From: Dehalococcoidia bacterium
GTDB lineage: Bacteria > Chloroflexota > Dehalococcoidia > Lucifugimonadales > UBA3495
DNA: 64,000 bases
Direction of reading: 5' to 3'
Assembly (NCBI GenBank): GCA_965249145.1
Contig: OZ252223.1
Coordinates: forward strand, 585,757 to 649,756
Shown here piece by piece: positions 1-9,774 of this stretch; the first letter of the stretch is position 1, and each line of letters opens with the position of its first letter. The translations under genes were made by a program, and so were the position numbers. Below the pieces are notes generated by a model. That model saw only the letters and a list, made by a program, of their open reading frames with translations. It made no database searches and was not told where the DNA came from.

Positions 1-716
1 CCGGCGCTCAGGAGCACCGGCGCCGATACTAACGCCGCACGTCTCAGCGGATCGAGCACCGACAGCACGTCTTCCACCGCTCCTCGTCGCTCAGGGTACA
101 TTCTCAAGTAGTCTCCCAGCTCTCCCAAGGGGTAGCCGGGACCCGAATCGAGCGCCGCCGGATGGCCCAATGGCATCGGAGTATCGGCAGCGACCCCGAC
201 GAAACCGGTCCGGCGGGAAGCCACAGCCAGCGCCAGGCTGGCGCCTAATCCGGACCCCGTTAATGCAACTTGACCGATGGCCGCCTGCGGTTGCGCCCGG
301 AGGGCATCGATGGCCCGCAGCGCATCGGCGTATGCGCCCAAGATGTGGTACGACGCCGCGCTCTCGATCCCGTCGGTGAGCAGCCCCGGATAGCTGGCCC
401 GGACCGAGGCGTCGCTGTTCCGCTGGCCCCGGTGGGTGGGGTTCATCACCACCGCGTGTTGGCGCAGCGGCGTGTAAATCAGGTCGTGGACGCTGGCGTA
501 GTCTGGCATGCGGACCAAGGCCGGAAAGGGGCCGTCGCCCTTGGGCGCCGAGAACCAAGCATAGAGCCTCTGCCCGCCGGTGCTGGAGTAGCGCATTCGG
601 TAGACATCCCACTCCGGCTGGGAGTAGAACCCGTCGGCTTCAAGCGTCACGTTGGTTGGAAGCTCGGCCAATTCGGCGTCGGTCCGTTCCCAAAACGCGC
701 CTGCTCCGGAGGTCAT
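1..716 (-). CDS. AXE1-like alpha/beta hydrolase paralog, partial (its 3' end runs off the window)
   Basis: Absent from the ORF track because no stop lies in the window. Hand translation from ATG 716-714 gives MTSGAGAFWERTDAELAELP...GPFPALVRMPDYAS...SYPGLLTDGIESAASY...LTGSGLGASLALAV, collinear with ORF 716..1657. Its ATG overlaps that gene's TGA (TGATG). Confidence 0.6.
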   Translation of the reverse strand, partial: MTSGAGAFWERTDAELAELPTNVTLEADGFYSQPEWDVYRMRYSSTGGQRLYAWFSAPKGDGPFPALVRMPDYASVHDLIYTPLRQHAVVMNPTHRGQRNSDASVRASYPGLLTDGIESAASYHILGAYADALRAIDALRAQPQAAIGQVALTGSGLGASLALAVASRRTGFVGVAADTPMPLGHPAALDSGPGYPLGELGDYLRMYPERRGAVEDVLSVLDPLRRAALVSAPVLLSA

Positions 717-1657
717 CAGACCGTCACCGCTTGGCCGACGCCGATCTGTCCTTCCAACCACGCCACTTCCTTGCCCGGGTAGTCGTGGGCGTTGCCATGC
801 CCTGAATTGGGGAATAGCCAAAGCTCCTTCTCGCCGCCGAGCAGCCGGTAGGCCGCGTAGCTGGTCTCGGGGGGGCACACCTCGTCCTCCATCGCGATAC
901 CCACCACCATCGGGCACTTGATCCGAGGGGCGAAGTTCACGCCGTCGAAGTAGCGCAGCGTGTCGAGCATCTGCCCCGTCTTCCCTGGGTACGCACGGCT
1001 ATAGCAGCTGATTTCATCGTAGGGGTAGCTGCGCAGCATCTTCGCGGACTCTGGGTAGCAGCAGAGGAACGGATACCCGGATACACCGCCCTTGATTTCC
1101 GGCCGAAGACCGGTGGTGCATAAGGTCAGTCCCCCACCCTGGCTGCTGCCGCAGGCGTAGATGCGCTCGGGGTCCACTTCGGGCCGGGAAAGCAGAAAGT
1201 CGAGACCGCGGGAGCAGTCGGAAATCACTCCCTTATAGCTGTAGGTGTCCCGGCTCTCCACGCCGCTGGTGAGCAAGCCCGGGTAACCAGGGTTGAAATC
1301 CGAGCTGCTGGGCAATTTCCCCCGCACCGCGACCGATAGCACCACCACTCCCTTACGCCCCCAGTCTCGGCGTACTGCCGGCTCGGACTTGTATCCAGGG
1401 AGGTGCAGGATGGCCGGGAATGGGCCCTCGCCCTGGGCTGGAACGCTGTACCACGAGAATATTTCCAGGCCACCCAGGCTTTTGTAGGTCGCTTGAAAGA
1501 CATTGACCTCATCATTGCTGCGCAGCGGGTCGGGGGTGACCTCGGGTTCCAACGGTATCTCGGTCAACTCGGCCAAGACCGCGGCCCAAAACTCGTCAAA
1601 ATCGTCCGGGCAGGTTACCTGGGTGACGAATGATTCGAGGTCCTCTTTGATAGCCAT
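716..1657 (-). CDS. acetyl xylan esterase / cephalosporin-C deacetylase family (AXE1/CE7-like) alpha/beta hydrolase
   Basis: 313-aa ORF with GSSQGG nucleophile elbow, GPFPAILHLPGY and a C-terminal NSGHG His region. Confidence 0.7.
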   Translation of the reverse strand: MAIKEDLESFVTQVTCPDDFDEFWAAVLAELTEIPLEPEVTPDPLRSNDEVNVFQATYKSLGGLEIFSWYSVPAQGEGPFPAILHLPGYKSEPAVRRDWGRKGVVVLSVAVRGKLPSSSDFNPGYPGLLTSGVESRDTYSYKGVISDCSRGLDFLLSRPEVDPERIYACGSSQGGGLTLCTTGLRPEIKGGVSGYPFLCCYPESAKMLRSYPYDEISCYSRAYPGKTGQMLDTLRYFDGVNFAPRIKCPMVVGIAMEDEVCPPETSYAAYRLLGGEKELWLFPNSGHGNAHDYPGKEVAWLEGQIGVGQAVTV

Positions 1658-1775
1658 ACATTTGCTCCTGGCAAGGGAGAATCGCTATTGCTCGATGCCA
1701 TTATATCGATCTGAGCGCCTCTTCGTCTTTGATTGACAGGGGAACGCCGATAGCTGTTAGTCTGAGCTTGCAATC

Positions 1776-2428
1776 ATGCCGCCCGTTGGAGGAACAACCC
1801 TGGACCTGGTCCTTGGCCTCGTGTTATCCCTAGGCTCCTACCTGCTTGGGTCGGTCCCCACGGCGTATCTGGTGGTGCGGGCCCTGCGAGGGGACGACAT
1901 CCGGCGGCTTGGGTCCGGGAACGTGGGGGCCCTCAACACCTACCACCTCCTCGGCTTCGGTCCAGCGATGTTAGTGTTGGTTGGCGATACGGCCAAGGGT
2001 GTGCTCGCGGTTGGCGTGCCGTGGCTGACCGGCGCCGACTACTGGGTTATCTTTGCCACGACGCCGCTGGTGGTCGTGGGCCACAACTGGCCGGTATTCC
2101 TGAAATTTCAGGGCGGGAAGGGCGCCGCAACCCCGCAACCATTGTGGGCATATCGTTAGTCATGGTCCCCGTGTTGACACTCCTCAGCGCCGTCCCCAGC
2201 GTCTTGCTGATGTTGCTGTTGCGGAACGTCGTCTTGGGTGCGGCCTTGGGCTTCGTCTTGGTCAACGTCCTAATCGTCGTGACCGGGCAGCCGACCGATC
2301 AGGTCGCACTCTGCTACTTCCTCACCCTGATGGTTTCAGCCACCTATATCTTCGCCCATCGGAGGCACATCCGCGACTCCATCGCACAACGCCATTGGCG
2401 CAGGCTCCTGTTCGAGTTGTCGGGCTAA
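1776..2428 (+). pseudogene. plsY: glycerol-3-phosphate acyltransferase PlsY, frameshifted by an 8-bp tandem duplication
   Basis: ORFs 1776..2159 (GSGNVGALN, HNWPVFLKFQGGKG) and 2021..2428 (C-terminal TM helices) are two halves of one PlsY. Removing one CCGCAACC copy joins GGKGAAT to IVGISLVMVP in frame. Confidence 0.8.
2125..2140 (+). repeat. perfect tandem duplication CCGCAACC x2 inside plsY
   Basis: Read directly: 2125-2132 and 2133-2140 are identical octamers. Confidence 0.95.
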
Positions 2429-2483
2429 TAGAGACGATACGGGCTATAATTGAGCGGTACCAGCACATTTTAGGCGGGGAAGG

Positions 2484-4241
2484 GTGATGTTAGACCACGG
2501 AACTCTGGAGACTGGCAGCGTCGACGAAACGCAGGTCCACCGGCACCGGATGCGGCACTCCGCGGCCCACGTTATGGCCGACGCCGTGCTCAGGCTATTC
2601 CCCGAGGCCAAGATGGGCATCGGCCCGCCCACCCAAGACGGTTTCTACTACGACTTCGATGTGTCGCGGCCCTTCACGCCCGAAGACCTGGAAAGCATCG
2701 AGGCGATCATGCGGGCCAGCGTCGCTGGCTGCTTCCCCTTCGTTCGCGAGGAGTTGGGCCGCCTACAGGCCCGAGAGCTCTTCGCCGATCAGCCCTACAA
2801 ACTGGAACTGATCGCTGGCTTGGACGAATCCGAGACCATTTCCATCTACCGGCACAACGGGTTCGTAGACCTCTGCCAGGGGCCCCACGTGGAAAACACG
2901 GCCCAGATTCCCGCGCTCAAGCTGCTCAGCGTCGCCGGGGCTTATTGGCGGGGCGACGAAAAAAACCCGATGCTCCAGCGCATCTACGGCACCGCTTTCG
3001 AGTCCCAGGACGAGTTGGACGATCACCTAGCGCGGCTGGAAGAGGCCGAACGGCGCGACCACCGCACCTTGGGGCGCCAGTTGGGTCTCTACTCAATCCA
3101 CGACGAGATCGGCCCCGGACTGGTCGTCTGGCACCCCAAGGGCGGCCGGGTGCGCTCGATCATCGAAGACTATTGGAAAAACCTCCACTACCGTCGGGGC
3201 TACGACGTGGTCTATTCTCCCCACATCGGACGCGCCCATCTGTGGCAGACCAGCGGGCACCTCGACTTCTACCGCGATAGCATGTATTCCGCGGTGGAAG
3301 TGGACGAGCAAGAATACTTCCTGAAGCCGATGAACTGTCCCTTCCACATCACGATCTTCCGCTCGTCATTGCGTAGCTACCGAGAGCTCCCGCTGCGTTT
3401 CGCCGAACTGGGCACCGTCTACCGTTACGAGCGTAGCGGGGCGCTGCACGGGTTGATGCGGGTGCGGGGTTTCACCCAGGACGACGCCCACATCTTCTGC
3501 CGCCAAGAGCAGGTGGAAGACGAAATCGGTGGCGTCTTGGAGCTAACCTTCGAGCTCCTTGAAGCCTTCGGATTCTCCGACTACTCCATCGCCCTGTCCA
3601 CCCGCCCGGAGAAGCACGTGGGCGAATTGGAAATGTGGGAGCACGCCACCAACTCCCTGCGAAACGCCTTGGAGCAACGGGGGCTGCCCTTTACCGTTGA
3701 CGACGGTGGGGGCGCCTTCTACGGCCCAAAGATCGACATCAACATCACCGACGCCCTAGGCCGGGCCTGGCAGTGCACCACAGTACAGTTCGACTTCAAC
3801 CTGCCCGAGCGCTTCGACCTCACCTACCAGGACGAGCACGGGGGCCGCAGCCGTCCCTACATGGTGCACCGTGCCATTCTGGGCTCCATGGAGCGCTTTC
3901 TGGGGGTGCTGATCGAGCACTACGGCGGCGCCTTCCCGGTTTGGCTGTCCCCGGTCCAGGCGGTCGTAATCCCCATCGCCGACCGTCACCAGGAGTATGC
4001 CGACTCGGTACAGGCGGCGCTCGACGCCGCCGGCTTCCGGGCCGAAGTGGACTCCCGAAGCGAACGGATGAACCAGAAGATCCGCACCGCTCAGCTCCAG
4101 AAGGTGCCCTATATGCTGGTGGTCGGCGACCGCGAGCAGGAGTCCGGCGCCGTGGCCGTACGCCACCGCGACGGCGAAGACCGCGGTGCGATGCCGCTCG
4201 CCGCGTTTCTTGAGACGCTGCAGCAGGAGGCGTCAGGATGA
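2484..4241 (+). CDS. thrS: threonine--tRNA ligase (no N-terminal TGS domain)
   Basis: 585 aa with RHSAAHVMADAV editing-domain motif, class II core (FRSSLRSYRELPLRFAELG, GFTQDDAHIF) and an anticodon-binding C-terminus. Confidence 0.95.
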   Translation: MMLDHGTLETGSVDETQVHRHRMRHSAAHVMADAVLRLFPEAKMGIGPPTQDGFYYDFDVSRPFTPEDLESIEAIMRASVAGCFPFVREELGRLQARELFADQPYKLELIAGLDESETISIYRHNGFVDLCQGPHVENTAQIPALKLLSVAGAYWRGDEKNPMLQRIYGTAFESQDELDDHLARLEEAERRDHRTLGRQLGLYSIHDEIGPGLVVWHPKGGRVRSIIEDYWKNLHYRRGYDVVYSPHIGRAHLWQTSGHLDFYRDSMYSAVEVDEQEYFLKPMNCPFHITIFRSSLRSYRELPLRFAELGTVYRYERSGALHGLMRVRGFTQDDAHIFCRQEQVEDEIGGVLELTFELLEAFGFSDYSIALSTRPEKHVGELEMWEHATNSLRNALEQRGLPFTVDDGGGAFYGPKIDINITDALGRAWQCTTVQFDFNLPERFDLTYQDEHGGRSRPYMVHRAILGSMERFLGVLIEHYGGAFPVWLSPVQAVVIPIADRHQEYADSVQAALDAAGFRAEVDSRSERMNQKIRTAQLQKVPYMLVVGDREQESGAVAVRHRDGEDRGAMPLAAFLETLQQEASG

Positions 4242-4480
4242 AGACTTATGTGCTGTCAGTCGAACTGGAGCAAGAAGGAGACGGGCGTTGGAATGCGGGC
4301 ATTCCGCTTATGCCCAATTGCTCGGCCTGGGGATATACGAAGGAGCAGGCGCTGGGAGCGTTGCAAGAATTGGCTCAGGCCTACCTCGAAGTGTTGATCG
4401 AATACAATGACCCGTTGCCGGAGGGCATCGAAGATAGCCGAGTGGTAGTTGGCTCAGAAATCGTAACTCTTAGCGTATGA
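4238..4480 (+). CDS. HicB-like (UPF0150) antitoxin, N-terminal domain only
   Basis: 80 aa: MKTYVLSVELEQEGDGRWNAGIPLMPNCSAWGYTKEQAL. Its ATG overlaps the thrS TGA (ATGA). Confidence 0.6.
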   Translation: MKTYVLSVELEQEGDGRWNAGIPLMPNCSAWGYTKEQALGALQELAQAYLEVLIEYNDPLPEGIEDSRVVVGSEIVTLSV

Positions 4481-4734
4481 CACCAGGAAGGGGGCTAGTC
4501 CACCTCCTTCGTAACACCCCGGTGCGCGAGATAATCCGAGCTTTGGAAAGAGACGGGTTTATTCGTCAACGCACAACTCGAACCGGAGGCTATGTCTACC
4601 GTCATCTGGACGGGAGAACCGTACCGATACACTTCCACTCAGGTGGTGCCACTCTTACTCGTGGAACGCTCTCCAGCGTGATCCGGGCCACCGGATGGAC
4701 AGAAGATGACACACGGCGCTTGGGATTAATCTGA
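4477..4734 (+). CDS. HicA-like (YcfA family) toxin
   Basis: 85 aa: IIRALERDGFIRQRTTRTGGYVYRH...TLTRGTLSSVIRATGW. 4-nt overlap with the hicB-like gene. Confidence 0.5.
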   Translation: MTPGRGLVHLLRNTPVREIIRALERDGFIRQRTTRTGGYVYRHLDGRTVPIHFHSGGATLTRGTLSSVIRATGWTEDDTRRLGLI

Positions 4735-4767
4735 CCATCAATATCCGCCTTGAACCGCAGGAGCATC

Positions 4768-6807
4768 ATGCCCAACCGGTTGATTAACGAGACCAGTCCC
4801 TACCTGCTCCAACACGCCAACAATCCCGTGGACTGGTATTCCTGGGGCGAGGAGGCGCTGTCTAAAGCCCAAGCCGAGGACAAGCCAATTCTCCTCAGCA
4901 TCGGCTACTCAGCCTGCCACTGGTGCCACGTCATGGAGCGCGAGTCCTTCGAGAACGAGGACATCGCCGCCATCATGAACGAGCACTTCGTCAACATCAA
5001 GGTCGACCGCGAAGAACGGCCCGACTTGGACGCCGTCTACATGGAGGCGGTCCAGATGCTCACCGGCAGCGGCGGTTGGCCGATGACCGTGTTTCTCACG
5101 CCCGACGGCAAGCCCTTCTACGGCGGCACCTACTTCCCGCCGGTGGACCGCCACAACATGCCCGGCTTCCCCCGGCTGCTGGAGTCGGCGGCCGGCGCCT
5201 ACCGCACCAACCGCGACGAGATCAACCGGGTCACCGGGCAGCTCACCGAGCAGATGGGCCGCACCGGTCAGATGCCCCGCAGCGACGCCCTGCTCGGCGT
5301 CGACATCCTCCATCGGGCCTATTCGACCCTGGCCGCCAACTTCGACTATCAGAACGGGGGTGTCGGCAACGCCCCCAAGTTCCCCCAAGCCATGACCCTG
5401 GAGGTATTTCTCCGCTACTACGCCCACGGTTACAACGACCGGGCCTTGGACATGCTGGACCTCACGTTGGAGAAGATGGCCCGCGGCGGCATTTACGATC
5501 AAATCGCCGGCGGCTTCCACCGCTATTCCACCGATTCGTTCTGGCTCGTGCCCCACTTCGAGAAGATGCTCTACGACAACGCCCTGCTGGCCCGCCTCTA
5601 CCTGAACGCCCATCAGGCCACAGGACGCGGCCTCTACCGGCGCATTACCGAGGAGACGCTGGATTACGTGCTCCGGGAGATGACCGGCCCTCACGGCGGC
5701 TTCTACTCGGCCACCGACGCCGACAGCGAGGGCGAGGAAGGCAAGTATTTCGTCTGGTCGCCCGATGAGATCGAGCAGGTCTTGGGCGACGAGGAAGCCG
5801 GTCTTTTCGGAAGGTTCTTCGGAGTCACCCAACGGGGCAACTTCGAGGGCAAGAACATCCTAAATATCGGCAAGACAGCCACCGACTGCTCCACCGAAAA
5901 CGGCATCGAGCTGGCCCACCTGATCGACGTGGTCCAGCGGGGCAAAACCGCCCTTCGCTTGGTGCGCGAGCAGCGGGTGCCGCCGCTCCTCGACGACAAG
6001 GTATTGGCGTCTTGGAACGGGCTGATGCTTCGGGCCTTTGCCGAGGCCGGCGCGGCTCTGGGCCGCCAGGACTACATCGAAGCGGGCATCAAGAACGCCA
6101 CCTTCCTAACCACGACCATGATGCCCGGGGGCAAGCTGCTACGCACCTACCGGGAAGGCGAGGCCAAGCTTCCAGGATTCCTGGAAGATTACGCCTTCGT
6201 GGCCGACGGGCTGCTGGCGCTCTACGAGAGCACTTTCAACCCACGGTGGCTGGACACCGCCTTGGCGATGGCCGACGCGATGATCGACTTGTTCTGGGAC
6301 GAGGCTGCCGGGGCCTTCTACGATACCGGCCGTGACCACGAAGAACTGGTTGTCCGGCCGCGCGACGTGTTCGACAACGCCCAGCCCTGCGGGGGCTCCG
6401 TGGCCACCGACCTGCTGCTGCGTCTGGCGGTCATTGCCGGCAACGACGAATACAGCCGCAAGGCGGTCCCACCCATGCGCGCCCTCAGCGAGCTGATGTC
6501 CCGGGCTCCCGCTGGCACTGGCCGCTGGTTGGCCGCCTTGGACTTCTATGTCTCGACCCCCAAGGAAATCGCCATCGTCGGCCCCCGCGAGGACGCGGCC
6601 ACCGCCCGGCTTTTGGACGAGGTCTTCGGTCGTTACTTGGCCAACCGCGTAGTCGTCTGGGCACCCGGGGAAGGCCAGGGAGCCGCTGGGCCGCTTCTCG
6701 AAGGCCGCGGCATGATCGGTGGCGCTCCAACCGCCTACGTCTGCGAGAACTACGCCTGCCAGCTGCCGGTCACCGACCCCGAAGCGCTGGCCGCGCAACT
6801 GACCTAG
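4768..6807 (+). CDS. thioredoxin-domain protein of the DUF255/YyaL family with a six-hairpin glycosidase-like C-terminal domain
   Basis: [25 protein letters not shown]...[18 protein letters not shown] is the classic family N-terminus. AGGAG lies upstream of ATG 4768 (the track ORF starts at TTG 4750). Confidence 0.85.
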   Translation: MPNRLINETSPYLLQHANNPVDWYSWGEEALSKAQAEDKPILLSIGYSACHWCHVMERESFENEDIAAIMNEHFVNIKVDREERPDLDAVYMEAVQMLTGSGGWPMTVFLTPDGKPFYGGTYFPPVDRHNMPGFPRLLESAAGAYRTNRDEINRVTGQLTEQMGRTGQMPRSDALLGVDILHRAYSTLAANFDYQNGGVGNAPKFPQAMTLEVFLRYYAHGYNDRALDMLDLTLEKMARGGIYDQIAGGFHRYSTDSFWLVPHFEKMLYDNALLARLYLNAHQATGRGLYRRITEETLDYVLREMTGPHGGFYSATDADSEGEEGKYFVWSPDEIEQVLGDEEAGLFGRFFGVTQRGNFEGKNILNIGKTATDCSTENGIELAHLIDVVQRGKTALRLVREQRVPPLLDDKVLASWNGLMLRAFAEAGAALGRQDYIEAGIKNATFLTTTMMPGGKLLRTYREGEAKLPGFLEDYAFVADGLLALYESTFNPRWLDTALAMADAMIDLFWDEAAGAFYDTGRDHEELVVRPRDVFDNAQPCGGSVATDLLLRLAVIAGNDEYSRKAVPPMRALSELMSRAPAGTGRWLAALDFYVSTPKEIAIVGPREDAATARLLDEVFGRYLANRVVVWAPGEGQGAAGPLLEGRGMIGGAPTAYVCENYACQLPVTDPEALAAQLT

Positions 6808-8363
6808 CATTTGAGAGTCTTGGTGAAGACCGCCTTTTCAGTGCGGCCCTCCCAGTAGGCCAAATTCAAGTCCACTATGGTGAGCCACTCATAGTTCGTG
6901 CAGACGCCCGTCATCTCGACGATGAAGATGCCGTTCCGCCCTGTGACGTCGATCCCCCCGAAGGGGTTTGGCCTCAATTGGTGCCCAGTGGCTGTAACGA
7001 ATCCGGTGATGCCCCGATTGGGCAGGGGAGTCGTAGGTGGTCACGACGAACTCGGCCTCCGCATCCACCACATAGCCCTCAGACCGGTACTCCTTTGGTA
7101 GAAACCTAGAGTCACCCCTTCCACCGGCCGGCCCTGCTGGTCCACGATCCGCACCGCCGTCGAATGAGGGGTGTCGTAGAGAAAATCACCAAGAAATCCT
7201 CAGATCAGGAAAATTCGCCCTCACCCAGTCTTCCAGGCCAGCTTTGGCCAGCAAATCGTTCAGGCGCGTTACGTTCTCGTGCGCTCAGTGCTCGGGCGAT
7301 TGAATCCGTCCCCCAGGCAGGTTGGATATCGTCAGCGATTCGTAGGCTATCGGACTGAAGATGAATCCCAAAGTCAAGCCCTTTATCCAATCGACCACCT
7401 CGTTGTTGTCTTCAAGGAGCTCGTCGATTCCGTCCCGAGGGTCCACGGTGAACGTAACGGTGGGATTGGCCTCGACCTTCGGCAAGTCCACCGATAAGTT
7501 GACCGTTGCCTGCTCGCCGGAAGCCAGTCCGCCGTGAACTCCGATTTCCAACACTTTGCCGTTCAGCAACCAACGGTACTGGAATGGCCCCGATCCAATG
7601 TCCCCGAAGTTCTAAACGTGAGCGGCCAGTTCAACCGCCTCGCCGGGGTTGGACCATCCCTTCACCCCGAATACTTCGGGACAGACGACCGGGCCTCTGA
7701 ATTCGTCAAATGGATAGGCGCAGTTCCGACGGCTCCGGAAACGAGCCAGCTTGTATCGCAGGAACCGTGGGAGGCGTTCGATGTAGGTAACGCTCAGGTC
7801 AACCCCATCTTCGAATACTGGCCGGTGGGCCCATGACGAAGGCGCATCGCTGCAGGACCGCATCGTCCCCAACGTCACCCTTACCGATTTCAGCACGTCG
7901 GGGACACATCCCGCAAACTCGTTCAATGCGACGTCCAAGCGGTCGAGTTTCGACAGTTCGACCGGTAATTTACCGTTCAAGAGATTGGCGCCCAGTAACA
8001 ACGCCCGGAGTTTCGGCAGGCCCCCTACTTGACTGGGAATCCCGCCAGCTGGTTCTGGCGTGGGCGACGGCACTGGGGGCGGCGCCGGAGTGGGTGCCGG
8101 TGCGGACGTTGAGAAAGGCGTCGCGGTCGCCGCCACGGGTGTCAATGTTGGGTTAGCGGGCGGCACGCGCTTAGTGGCAAGGGTGGGTACTCTATTGTCG
8201 AATACCGGCGTTTCGGGGTGTTCAGGCGCCGGTACACCGTCGTCGGGGTAATCCTCGAGCCGTCGGGAACGGCTCCTCCGTTGCAGGCGGCAAAGACAAG
8301 TGCGGAAGTCGCCGATACCAACAGTATCCCCATTAGGCACGACGCCTGCTTCATCCCATCCAT
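6804..8363 (-). pseudogene. degraded lipoprotein gene (signal peptide, Pro/Thr linker, LRR-like segment, CARDB-like domain, C-terminal beta-rich domain)
   Basis: Lipoprotein signal MKQASCLMGILLVSATSALVFAAC lies in one frame (8142..8363) and the body in another (7612..8340). In-frame TAG 7612-7614 interrupts a CARDB-like domain (AVELAAHV*NFGDIGSGPFQYRWLLNGK...DPRDGIDELLEDNNEVV). In-frame TGA 7285-7287 is followed by AHENVTRLNDLLAKAGLEDWVRANFPDL. Further frame changes occur down to TAG 6804-6806. Confidence 0.6.
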
Positions 8364-8379
8364 CCCTTCATTTCGAGCC

Positions 8380-9774
8380 CTAACGGCCCGGCTGCGGGCC
8401 GATCTCCAGCCCAGCCTCGCGCACCGATTCGACGGTTACCTCGCTTGGCAGACGGTAGCCCCGGAACAGCCAGAACCCCATGAAGGCAATGACCCCGGCC
8501 ACCGGTCCGACCAGCCGGATCCCCAAGGGGTCGTCTGCCGTGTCGCCCAAGGTCAACACCAGCGACAGCAGGAAAGGCGAGAAGGACGAGGCGATTTTCT
8601 CGAATAGGTTTTGGGTGGCGTAGAACATCGCCTCCCGCCGCATTCCGGTCCGTATTTCGTCGTAGTCGGTGATGTCGGCGGTTATGGCCTTGGGCAATAG
8701 GTTCACGCCGGCCATCGGCACTCCTACCAAGAACGCCATTACCAGCCCTTGAATCAGTACCGGGATTCCCGGCGCCATCCCGAGGAAGAATAAGAAGGGT
8801 AGATACCCGGCCCCGATCAGCATCGACGTCGAATAGACCCAACGTTTCCCCTTGGTGTTACCCAAGCGCCACAGGGCTATCGCCGAAAGCGCCATGGCGA
8901 TGATTGCCGCGCCGGTGAGCATCGACGTGACCCTGCCCTCGTCCTCCCGTCCCAGCAGACCCGATACCATGAAGGGCACCCAGGCCAAAACCATCCCCAT
9001 GGCAGTCTGGAACAGCACGAACGTCGGCAGGAAAAACAGGAATTGCCGGTTGCGCAGGGTGCTGGTGACAGCCTCGATCAGTCCGATTTCGGCGGGAGGT
9101 GTATCCCGCGGGGCCCGGTCCCATACGCCCGCAAGCCCGATATACCGGAAGGCGATGCCGAATAGGGCGATGATGCCCCCCATCACCTTGAAGTCCAGGC
9201 TGTCTATGATGAAGCCCGAGGCTACCAACCCCAATACGCCGCCCAACAGCCCGAAATAGAACTGCCAGCCCACCACACTGACCCGGTCGCGGTGGCCCCG
9301 GGCCAACTCCGGGAGCATCGCCTCGTAAGGCCCCGCCGACAGGGTCGAAAAGAGAAAAAACAGCTCCAAGACCACGAAAATATAGATCGCGTTCAGCGCG
9401 TTGGCCTCACCCCATGGAGTGAACCACAGCAGCGCGAAGAACAGGCCGTAAAAGGGAGTGCTCAGAAGCACGAAGGGTATTCGCCGCCCCCAGCGGCTCT
9501 TGGTGCGGTCGCTCCACCAGCCGATGATCGGGTCGTCGAAGGCCTCGATAATCCTCCCGCCGGTGAGCACCAAAGCGATCAGCACCCGGGCGTCGAGGTC
9601 GAATCCCGCGACCGACACCGCCGAAACTGCCGAGGACAGCTTCTCGGAAACCGGCGGGGCCAAGAAGAACAACAGCCAGAGGTTTCTGGTCTGGGCCACC
9701 GCTTGGTTTCCGACCATCTCCGAGGCATAGAGCAGCTTGTTGCGGAGCGGAAGTGCCTCTCCGGCGCCGTTCAT
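8380..9774 (-). CDS. MFS transporter, GPH/MFS_2 (MelB/MFSD2-like) family
   Basis: 464 aa, about 12 TM helices, with the GPH signature AFDDPIIGWWSDRTKSRWGRRIPFVL. 4-nt overlap with the upstream gene. Confidence 0.75.
   Translation of the reverse strand: MNGAGEALPLRNKLLYASEMVGNQAVAQTRNLWLLFFLAPPVSEKLSSAVSAVSVAGFDLDARVLIALVLTGGRIIEAFDDPIIGWWSDRTKSRWGRRIPFVLLSTPFYGLFFALLWFTPWGEANALNAIYIFVVLELFFLFSTLSAGPYEAMLPELARGHRDRVSVVGWQFYFGLLGGVLGLVASGFIIDSLDFKVMGGIIALFGIAFRYIGLAGVWDRAPRDTPPAEIGLIEAVTSTLRNRQFLFFLPTFVLFQTAMGMVLAWVPFMVSGLLGREDEGRVTSMLTGAAIIAMALSAIALWRLGNTKGKRWVYSTSMLIGAGYLPFLFFLGMAPGIPVLIQGLVMAFLVGVPMAGVNLLPKAITADITDYDEIRTGMRREAMFYATQNLFEKIASSFSPFLLSLVLTLGDTADDPLGIRLVGPVAGVIAFMGFWLFRGYRLPSEVTVESVREAGLEIGPQPGR

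Noticed and set aside
7285-7614. In-frame TAG and TGA in the CARDB-like gene (and TGA/TAA in the HicB remnant) as evidence of stop-codon reassignment or programmed readthrough.
   Set aside because: All well-conserved genes in the window terminate normally at TGA, TAG or TAA at the expected protein ends. The affected loci also carry frameshifts. Only the selD TGA has a conserved Sec context.
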